Positions 38,259 to 45,906 of a stretch of DNA of 64,000 nt are shown here, one piece after another. This stretch comes from Candidatus Thalassarchaeum sp. GTDB lineage: Archaea > Thermoplasmatota > Poseidoniia > Poseidoniales > Thalassarchaeaceae. The notes under the pieces were generated by a model that had not been told where the DNA came from, made no database searches, and worked only from the letters and a program-made list of their open reading frames with translations. Location: the NCBI GenBank assembly GCA_016777225.1, contig JADHRW010000002.1:1284-65283 (forward strand), read 5' to 3'. The translations under genes and the position numbers were made by a program. How positions within the stretch are numbered: the first letter of the stretch is position 1; the number at the start of each line of letters is the position of its first letter.

Positions 38259-39671
38259 ATGTCAATTTTTGAGAAGTGGAACCTAGAAACATCAATTCTA
38301 GACGCTATAAAATCTCGAGGTTGGACAGAACCTACAGAAATACAGATTGACGCAATACCCTTCGCAAGAAAAGGAAGAGATATTGTAGGTCAAGCAAAAA
38401 CTGGTTCCGGTAAAACTGCAGCTTTTGGTATACCAATTATTGAGAAATGTCAAAATATTGGGACACCACAATCAATAATACTCTGCCCTACAAGAGAACT
38501 TGCAGTTCAAGTTGCTGAAGAGATGAATTTACTCCAAGGAAATAAAGGCTTAAAAATTATTACAGTTTATGGGGGGACTGATATTGAGAAACAAGCAAAA
38601 AAGTTATCAAATGGATGCGATATTATCGTAGGAACTCCAGGTAGAGTCATTGATATGAATAAAAGAGGGCATCTTAATCTACAAGAAATTTCAATATTCT
38701 GTCTTGATGAAGCTGATAGAATGTTAGACATGGGATTTTTCCCAGATATTCTTTGGGTAATAGAAAAAATGCCAAATCGGAGCCAGAACTTACTATTCAG
38801 TGCGACATTCCCCGAAGAGGTCCTAAATGTTGCTGAGGAGTTCATGAATAACGCTGAACATGTAATGAGCGATGATTTAGAGGTAGATATACCTGAGATT
38901 GACCTATATGCAGTACGCATAGGTAGAGGAAATAAACTCTGGGTTTTAGGGAGAATAATTGCTAATATGACCGAAGAAGGACAAATGCTAATTTTCAGTA
39001 ATACAAAGCGCATGGTAGATGTAATTGTAGAAAGATTAGGTAAATTTCAAATGAGAGCTGTAGGGATACATGGGGATATGCCTCAGAACAAGAGAGAAAA
39101 ACTCCTGAATGATTTTAGGTCTGGTAAAGAAAAGATTGTAGTAGCTACTGATGTTGCTGCTAGAGGACTGGACGTAGATGGAATTACAGTTGTTGTAAAC
39201 TATGATTTACCAGATGATACAGAATCATTTGTGCATAGAATAGGTAGAACTGGAAGAATGGGTCGTAAAGGAGAAGCTTGGAGCCTTGTATCTAAAGAAG
39301 ATAGAGGAAGTGTCGAGAAAATATGTTCGACATGGGGTTTGACTATACCTTTTGTAGATGCACCTTCACTACCTGAGGGAATAGAAAGAGACCCTGTACG
39401 TAAAAGAGACGATTGGGATGAAGTTGCAGATTCTTTCGGAATGGTAAGAATAAATCTTGATATTGGCCAGAATGATTTGACGAAAAGAGCTTTGTCGGAT
39501 TGGATAGTTAGATTAGCAAAAATTCCTGAAATAGTAGTAGGGGAAATAACTCAATCAAATGATTCATCCGAAGTTGAAATTCATGTTGCAAAGGTAGCTT
39601 ATGTAATCGATGTGATAAAGGCGAGAGATTATAATGGCCGAAAAATTAAACCAGTAATTGTTGAGCCATGA
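38259..39671 (+). CDS. DEAD-box ATP-dependent RNA helicase with C-terminal RNA-binding extension
   Basis: Q motif (GWTEPTEIQ), AKTGSGKTAAF, PTRELA, TPGR, DEAD, SAT, HRIGRTGR. Confidence 0.9.
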   Translation: MSIFEKWNLETSILDAIKSRGWTEPTEIQIDAIPFARKGRDIVGQAKTGSGKTAAFGIPIIEKCQNIGTPQSIILCPTRELAVQVAEEMNLLQGNKGLKIITVYGGTDIEKQAKKLSNGCDIIVGTPGRVIDMNKRGHLNLQEISIFCLDEADRMLDMGFFPDILWVIEKMPNRSQNLLFSATFPEEVLNVAEEFMNNAEHVMSDDLEVDIPEIDLYAVRIGRGNKLWVLGRIIANMTEEGQMLIFSNTKRMVDVIVERLGKFQMRAVGIHGDMPQNKREKLLNDFRSGKEKIVVATDVAARGLDVDGITVVVNYDLPDDTESFVHRIGRTGRMGRKGEAWSLVSKEDRGSVEKICSTWGLTIPFVDAPSLPEGIERDPVRKRDDWDEVADSFGMVRINLDIGQNDLTKRALSDWIVRLAKIPEIVVGEITQSNDSSEVEIHVAKVAYVIDVIKARDYNGRKIKPVIVEP

Positions 39672-39680
39672 GGGAGAAAA

Positions 39681-39923
39681 ATGTCTGAATCTATTTCAGA
39701 AGATAAAATAATCATTCTTGATTTGCTAGGTTTTTTTTGTCCAGTACCTATCCATGAAACACGTAAAGTTTTAGATAAATTAGACAATGGAGTTATCATT
39801 GAAGTATTATGTGATGATCCCGAGACTAAGCACGATATGCCAGCCTTATGCAATAGATTAAATGTGGAATTAATTAATTTTACTGAAAAATCAGGAGAAT
39901 TTATTTACAGAATTAAAAAATGA
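39681..39923 (+). CDS. TusA/SirA-like sulfur-carrier protein
   Basis: LDLLGFFCPVPIHETRKVL (CPxP active-site motif), 80 aa. Confidence 0.8.
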   Translation: MSESISEDKIIILDLLGFFCPVPIHETRKVLDKLDNGVIIEVLCDDPETKHDMPALCNRLNVELINFTEKSGEFIYRIKK

Positions 39924-39941
39924 ATATAATGAGGGAATCGT

Positions 39942-40589
39942 ATGGAGTCAAATCATAAAATTGAAATTCAAGAAAAAAAAGATGTCCCTGCAGATGCTCG
40001 TTTACCCACAAAGTATGGTGAGTTTAGAATACGTATTTTTCATGAAAACTCTACTGGTTTAGACCATGTTGCGTTGACATTAGGAGAAATGTCTGGACCA
40101 GATCCAGTACTAGTCAGATTACATTCAGAATGTATCACAGGAGACTCTTTTGGAAGTACAAGATGTGATTGTGGCTCTCAATTAGAATATACATTACAAG
40201 AGATACAAAGAAAAGGATGGGGCTGCCTATTATATCTCAGACAAGAAGGAAGAGGTATTGGCTTGCATGCAAAGATACAAGCATACAATTTACAGGATAA
40301 AGGAGCAGATACATTGGATGCTAATCTAATGCTTGGTTTACCTGGAGATGCTAGAGATTATTCTATAGCGTCAAAAATATTTACTAGTTTAGGAATTGAA
40401 AAAGTCTCGCTATTAACAAATAATCCAGATAAAGTAAAGAAATTAGAAAAACTAGGGATAAAAGTCTCGGAAAGAGTTCCAGTTATAGTCGGAGTTAGAA
40501 GTGAGAATATACATTATTTACAAACAAAAAGTATCAAGATGGGGCATCACATCACATCTAGTGATTTAGAAAATAACTCAATTAATTAA
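39942..40589 (+). CDS. ribA: GTP cyclohydrolase II
   Basis: VRLHSECITGDSFGSTRCDCGSQLE; LYLRQEGRGIGL; TNNPDK. Confidence 0.9.
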   Translation: MESNHKIEIQEKKDVPADARLPTKYGEFRIRIFHENSTGLDHVALTLGEMSGPDPVLVRLHSECITGDSFGSTRCDCGSQLEYTLQEIQRKGWGCLLYLRQEGRGIGLHAKIQAYNLQDKGADTLDANLMLGLPGDARDYSIASKIFTSLGIEKVSLLTNNPDKVKKLEKLGIKVSERVPVIVGVRSENIHYLQTKSIKMGHHITSSDLENNSIN

Positions 40590-40605
40590 TAATAATTACC
40601 CAAAA

Positions 40606-40681
40606 TGGGGCCGTGACCGGGAATTGAACCCGGGCCGGCGGGACCACAACCCACCGTGCTAACCTCTACACCATCACAGCC
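40606..40681 (-). tRNA. tRNA-His(GUG) with genome-encoded G-1 and CCA
   Basis: Reverse complement G-GCTGTGA-TG-GTGT-AGAGGTTA-GCAC-G-GTGGG-TTGTGGT-CCCGC-..-CCGGG-TTCAATT-CCCGG-TCACGGC-C-CCA. The extra 5' G pairs with discriminator C73. Confidence 0.9.
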
Positions 40682-40790
40682 ATCTTGGTAATCACTCGAG
40701 AGTAGAGGTGTATTTCAAGCGTTCCAATCAGCGCATAGGATAATCATATCACCAACGCATTCAAGCGGTGGTCAGGTTCGTATACAAATA

Positions 40791-43187
40791 ATGACGAAGG
40801 CGGGCGGTCTCGTGGTATTTCTTGTCAGTATATTTATGTTAGCACCAATAATGCCAATTATTCAAGCAGATACTGTTATCTCATCCGAATCTGTAGAACT
40901 ATTATCTGCAGGAGATTTTGATGACCCAAATCAATGGGAGATAACCAGTACCTCTGGATTTAGTAATAATCCTGCAGATTATACTCTTGGTATGGTCGCA
41001 GATAATGAATTATCTTTTACTCATGAAAGACCTAGTAATTTTCTGACACAGACTGCTTGGGCTAGTAATAGCCCAACAAGTTCGAATTACAGTCTGGGAG
41101 AACCCGATACATATTACAGCTGGTCAAAAGGTCCAGATATTACATTAGGAGGATTTGATTATACTGGACTATACGATAAAGAGATTGAGAATGTTTCTTT
41201 ATTGTTATATTTCGAAATCCCTAACGCACTATATCAAGATACAGTCAGAGTAATATTAGAGAATACTGGTTCGGATAAATTGGTCAGAGAGTTTGCCCAT
41301 ACATCCTCAGGGGTCTTTCGAATGAATAATCCTTTAGTAATAAATATGGATGAACTAGTAGATTGGGATTGGAATAAAATTGTAAACTCACAATTTACAA
41401 TCGATTATGTGTCGCAAGGCACAAATGATGATTCAGAAGTAAGGTTAGACGCCCTTGGCATTCGAGTTAAGTACCATATGCCATGGTACTCTTTTGAGAA
41501 TATTAAAGCAAATCATGAATGGAATATTGAGAATTTACCTGTTATTGACATCTCACCATATGATGGGGAGACTAATGGACTAATAATTGAGTCATGTGGC
41601 CTGATACCTGATGAGTCAGAGCAATCTTACTGGACTTTTGATGTAGATGTGCCATTTGGTCAAGAATTAGGGAGAATACATGTATATTCCACAGGTAACT
41701 ATACAATAGGCGTAATTCCAGATAACTTAGATGGCGAATATTCACCAAAACAGTCAGGAGATTTATTAGATAATCCAAGTGTGAAACAACATGTAAGAAT
41801 TGATGTCGAAGATGGTTGTTTAGAAGCAGTAAGGATTGATGTTAATGATCCACAACTAATAGTAAATGGTAGAATTACAGGTTCAATTGAAGGTCTTTCA
41901 AGTACAAGTAATCTTAAATTTGCAATAGGTGAATACATTGTAGAAACTATTCCAATAGATACAGGATACTTCTCATTCAGTGTTCCAATCGGACATGCAT
42001 TTCCATTAGATAATACTGAGACAAGTGTAGGAATAGCATCTAGATTTCAATGGTCATCGGATGGAAGTGCTGAAACTACCATCACTCATATCGATTCGAT
42101 GACAATTAGTGGAGGATACGATTTAGAGTATGATTATTCTCCAAATTGTCAAAATATTGCAAATTTGGAAATGACTGAGGATGAGGGTGGATTTCTAGTA
42201 TCTTTACCGTGTCAAGATGATATGACTGAAAGAGAAAATTTAGTAGTAATAGTAGCTAGTTCTAATGAATCTATAATTTCTGCTAGTTCAATATATAGCT
42301 CTGAACAAAATCTCAATTTCATCCAATTACAAACAATTACAGATGCATCTGGAGAGTGCAAAGTAACTGTCAATGTTTATGATGATAGTGGGAGCCAAGA
42401 AAATGTCTGGACAGGAATATTCACAGTAACTGTAAGTCCAGTTTTAGATAAACCAATTATAGATGATTTACCGATTATTGTTTACATGGATTTAGGAGAC
42501 ACGCTAGTTGTTCCAATGGATATATATGATTCAGACTCCAGTGACTTTGAGATAACAACTAGTAAATCATGGGCAACAGTAGATGAGGATAATAACTTAA
42601 TATTAAAACCAGTAGATTCTGGGCTTCATTCAATTGTTATTACAGTAAATGACAGTGCAAGTGAGGTTTCAGAGAGCTTGAAAGTTGATGTATCTGCAAA
42701 ATCAGATTTGTTAGTTGAATCTGTATCTGTAAGAAAGAATGGAGCAGAGATATCCGATGCCAACGACGGAGATATTGTAGAGATTTTTGCCTATATTAGG
42801 AATGAGGGGAGAGGTGTTGCAAATGGCATAGATGTTAGATGCTATGTCAACGAAGTACTGATAGATACCAAGAAAGTAGATATATTACAGCCAGGTGCTT
42901 TAATTAGTGCCGTATGTGATACCGCATTATCAGGTAACGATCAAGAAAATATAATTAGAATCATAGTAGATAGTACACTCTCAATAGAGGAATCAAATGA
43001 AGATAATAATCAAGAAGAAATTGTAATATTCATCTCATCACCTAATACAGGAATCTCTGATGATTCAGAAAATATCAATAAAGAACCGATTATAATGGCT
43101 CTATCAGTTGCAGTAATATTAGTTGCAATCGCTGTTTTGCAGTTGAGTCCAAGCCGAATCAGAAAACCATTCAATAAGAGAAAGTAA
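40791..43187 (+). CDS. Large surface protein with CARDB-like domain and C-terminal TM anchor
   Basis: 798 aa with signal (LVVFLVSIFMLAPIMPIIQA). CARDB-like block DLLVESVSVRKNGAEISDANDGDIVEIFAYIRNEGRGVANGIDVRCYVN. C-terminal TM IIMALSVAVILVAIAVL followed by a basic end. Confidence 0.75.
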   Translation: MTKAGGLVVFLVSIFMLAPIMPIIQADTVISSESVELLSAGDFDDPNQWEITSTSGFSNNPADYTLGMVADNELSFTHERPSNFLTQTAWASNSPTSSNYSLGEPDTYYSWSKGPDITLGGFDYTGLYDKEIENVSLLLYFEIPNALYQDTVRVILENTGSDKLVREFAHTSSGVFRMNNPLVINMDELVDWDWNKIVNSQFTIDYVSQGTNDDSEVRLDALGIRVKYHMPWYSFENIKANHEWNIENLPVIDISPYDGETNGLIIESCGLIPDESEQSYWTFDVDVPFGQELGRIHVYSTGNYTIGVIPDNLDGEYSPKQSGDLLDNPSVKQHVRIDVEDGCLEAVRIDVNDPQLIVNGRITGSIEGLSSTSNLKFAIGEYIVETIPIDTGYFSFSVPIGHAFPLDNTETSVGIASRFQWSSDGSAETTITHIDSMTISGGYDLEYDYSPNCQNIANLEMTEDEGGFLVSLPCQDDMTERENLVVIVASSNESIISASSIYSSEQNLNFIQLQTITDASGECKVTVNVYDDSGSQENVWTGIFTVTVSPVLDKPIIDDLPIIVYMDLGDTLVVPMDIYDSDSSDFEITTSKSWATVDEDNNLILKPVDSGLHSIVITVNDSASEVSESLKVDVSAKSDLLVESVSVRKNGAEISDANDGDIVEIFAYIRNEGRGVANGIDVRCYVNEVLIDTKKVDILQPGALISAVCDTALSGNDQENIIRIIVDSTLSIEESNEDNNQEEIVIFISSPNTGISDDSENINKEPIIMALSVAVILVAIAVLQLSPSRIRKPFNKRK

Positions 43188-43216
43188 AGCCAGAATGAGC
43201 ATACATTCGGCTGATA

Positions 43217-43381
43217 ATGTCTCTTCTTCGGGTAATAGTTATACCATGTACAATGACGAAAGAAGAATACCGCGCGCAGTTTCTTAGTGAAGTTGAACCG
43301 GTGGTGTGTGTTAGAATGATGAAACTAAAGATTCGTTTAGAAACTGAAGAATGGGTTTATGAAGAACATGAAATGATTTGA
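43217..43381 (+). CDS. Possible small ORF (54 aa), hypothetical
   Basis: MSLLRVIVIPCTMTKEEYRAQFLSEVEPVVCVRMMKLKIRLETEEWVYEEHEMI. It fills the gap before convergent cbf5. No other support. Confidence 0.25.
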   Translation: MSLLRVIVIPCTMTKEEYRAQFLSEVEPVVCVRMMKLKIRLETEEWVYEEHEMI

Positions 43382-43385
43382 AATT

Positions 43386-44360
43386 TCAGTTCTGTTTAGA
43401 CCAATTTTGCGGATAAATTCCAGTTGGCATAAGTACGCTCTTAGCTACTGCTACCTGTCCCTTAGTCATATTCAAAACCTCATCAATATCTACACTAGTA
43501 TTAGCTACTGCAACAGCTTCTCCTTTCATGCTACTAATTACTACTAAGGAACCTGAACTAATCCCTGATGAAGCATTAACAACACCGGGTCTAGCAAGTG
43601 GAGCCCCATGTGTCATAGCAGCAACAGCGCCATCCTTAATCATTATACTGGGAATTTTCGCAAGTATAGTTTCAACGGGAGTTAATAGTTTTCTCAAACT
43701 TCTTTCATCATTATGCTCCTTCCAAAGGAAAATTGCATCTGCTAATTGATGCATATTACATGCCATACTCTCATCAAAAATACTAGTTCTATCACGATGT
43801 AATTCTAACATTTCACAAGATGTATTGAGTAGTAATCCAATATCCCTAGTTAATGTCCTGATATATGTTCCAGCGACACAAGAAATCTCCACTGCAGCAA
43901 TTCTAGAACTACTATCGAAATCAAGTAGACTTAGTGAAGTGATTGTTCTTGTACGAACTTGAACTTTCACTGCAGATTCTTTAGGAGGAACATTATATAT
44001 TTCACCTACTAAACTATTCAGAAGTTCTTCTAATTCATTAGAATCAATATCTCTTCCAAAACGAATTATTGAGATATATCGCTTATCACCCTTGAGAATT
44101 ATGTCAGTAAGTCTTGTTGCTCTCCCGCATAGTATTGTCAGTAACCCTGTTGCCATAGGGTCTAAAGTCCCCCCATGACCTATTTTCGAAATTCCTAGAA
44201 TATTTCTGATCCAAGCAGTTAATTGATGACTAGTAGGTCCTCGAGGTTTCTTAACTAACAATATCCCTGAGCCCAGTAATTCATCTAAAGACCGCTCAGA
44301 AGGTACTGAACCAAATTTAGGATTAGTTACTGCATCTTTATCAAAAATTATCCTACTCAT
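43386..44360 (-). CDS. cbf5: H/ACA RNP pseudouridine synthase Cbf5 (TruB family) with PUA domain
   Basis: KPRGPTSHQ; GHGGTLDPMATGLL (catalytic Asp); C-terminal PUA-like region. ATG at 44360 lies 1 nt after the cmk stop. GTG 44369 is the longest start. Confidence 0.9.
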   Translation of the reverse strand: MSRIIFDKDAVTNPKFGSVPSERSLDELLGSGILLVKKPRGPTSHQLTAWIRNILGISKIGHGGTLDPMATGLLTILCGRATRLTDIILKGDKRYISIIRFGRDIDSNELEELLNSLVGEIYNVPPKESAVKVQVRTRTITSLSLLDFDSSSRIAAVEISCVAGTYIRTLTRDIGLLLNTSCEMLELHRDRTSIFDESMACNMHQLADAIFLWKEHNDERSLRKLLTPVETILAKIPSIMIKDGAVAAMTHGAPLARPGVVNASSGISSGSLVVISSMKGEAVAVANTSVDIDEVLNMTKGQVAVAKSVLMPTGIYPQNWSKQN

Positions 44361-44361
44361 T

Positions 44362-44928
44362 TTAATCACTCCTCAAACAGTTATCTACTAGAGCGTACAC
44401 TTCATCTGCATTTATATCATCAGCATTAATGATTAGACTATAAGGACTCATGTCATCTAAATCAATATCATAAAGAATTCGATACCTTTCTTTATCATCC
44501 ATTTGTCTTTTTTGTGATAATTGAAGTTGAGTTTCAAAATCACCACCCTCTCTATTTTGAATTCTACGCGCACATTCTTCGGGACTAACATTAACCCAAA
44601 TACGCAGGCAATCTATCTCCATCATGTGGGCCCACCAACCAGATAATCTACTTTCAATAATTTCAGAACCTTTGGTGTCTTGAAGTTCTTTCTTTAGAAT
44701 GGAATCGAGAGAGCGATCTACATCTAAATCTTCTTTACAGAGAACACTAAATTGACCCACAGTTAAGCCTCTACGCTGAGCTTCTGACCGAAATATGTCA
44801 CCTCCATTCAGAGATTTCCAAGAATATTCATCCACAATTCTCCTTACTAATGTGGATGTTCCACTTCCAGGAGGACCACTGACTGTGACTATAACCAAGA
44901 GCTCATCTCCATTCGGTTCTACAAACAT
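44362..44928 (-). CDS. cmk: Cytidylate kinase, archaeal type
   Basis: P-loop VSGPPGSGTST. Sits in the conserved archaeal order DUF106-cmk-cbf5. ATG 44928 overlaps the upstream gene by 26 nt. A TTG at 44898 (giving M-VIVTVSGPPGSG) would remove the overlap and fits family N-termini. Confidence 0.8.
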   Translation of the reverse strand: MFVEPNGDELLVIVTVSGPPGSGTSTLVRRIVDEYSWKSLNGGDIFRSEAQRRGLTVGQFSVLCKEDLDVDRSLDSILKKELQDTKGSEIIESRLSGWWAHMMEIDCLRIWVNVSPEECARRIQNREGGDFETQLQLSQKRQMDDKERYRILYDIDLDDMSPYSLIINADDINADEVYALVDNCLRSD

Positions 44929-45841
44929 CACAGCGCAATTTACCTTGTGCGGTTCTACTAATCATATCAGAATCACAAGAAGGACAAATAGTTCCTTTCT
45001 GAGGGGGGGCTACATGTTGATTACCACCTGTACGTTTTAATGATTCAGAAGATTGGACACCTGTTTTCCTAGGGCCTGCTCTCTTTCTTTGAGTTCTACG
45101 TGTTCTGTTATCTGAATTAGATTTTGATTTTTCTTCTTCAAGAAGATATAGTAAAGGCTCAGGTATCAAATCACCAGAAAGAACCACAGGATGAGTCTTG
45201 TAACGTAAAAGTTTCAGGTGTCTGTCAACAATTCTCCCAAGAGGAGCACTCATTGTGATATATGTGGCAATCCATGCAGGGAATATCCACATGATTTTAT
45301 TTTCAAAGCCCCACATTGGTTGCCAAGGTAGACTAACATAGTCGACTCTAAAATCAAGAACAGTATCTGCCATCCAACTAAATATTCCTATAATGAAAAT
45401 CATAGTAAACATCATTGGTTTCATCATAGCACCTTGCATTGCCATTTGTTCGGGCATCATCTCCATCTGCAATTTCTGCATTTTATCAATCTGAGCAGTG
45501 TCTCTTGACATTCTAGCCTCTCGCATTTGCTGACTAATTTGTTTACTTCTGTGGCTATGATGAGCTTGTTTCAAAGGATCCATAAAAAATGAACGTATTA
45601 CAGTATTTACAATCATTATACTAGAACCCAAGATAAAAACAGTCGGGACGAAGAATTGTTCAAGCCCTAATCGACCAAAAAGAAGAGGTTCTATTACAGT
45701 ACCAGCTCCATCTGATAGCGAATTCCTAAGACCAGGGAATAACATTAAACCCATCATCATAATCATTAGAAAAAGCATCGGCAGCATTGCTGAACCCATG
45801 CCAGCAGGCTGAGCATTACCATCAGCACCGGCATCTACCAT
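44903..45841 (-). CDS. DUF106 / EMC3-TMCO1-like archaeal YidC/Oxa1-type insertase with C-terminal basic tail and Zn ribbon
   Basis: TM1, then a Met/Gln-rich coiled segment QMREARMSRDTAQIDKMQKLQMEMMPEQMAMQGAMMKPMMFTMIFIIGIFSW (the DUF106 hallmark), then 2 more TMs. After that comes KSKSNSDNRTRRTQRKRAGPRKTG... and CPSCDSDMISRTAQGKLRCDVCRTEW. ATG 45841 is preferred over GTG 45874. Confidence 0.75.
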   Translation of the reverse strand: MVDAGADGNAQPAGMGSAMLPMLFLMIMMMGLMLFPGLRNSLSDGAGTVIEPLLFGRLGLEQFFVPTVFILGSSIMIVNTVIRSFFMDPLKQAHHSHRSKQISQQMREARMSRDTAQIDKMQKLQMEMMPEQMAMQGAMMKPMMFTMIFIIGIFSWMADTVLDFRVDYVSLPWQPMWGFENKIMWIFPAWIATYITMSAPLGRIVDRHLKLLRYKTHPVVLSGDLIPEPLLYLLEEEKSKSNSDNRTRRTQRKRAGPRKTGVQSSESLKRTGGNQHVAPPQKGTICPSCDSDMISRTAQGKLRCDVCRTEWR

Positions 45842-45906
45842 GATACGATGGCTTCGGATACATTGAATGAACACTTCGGTAAGCGAACGTCAAGTAAATT
45901 CATAAA

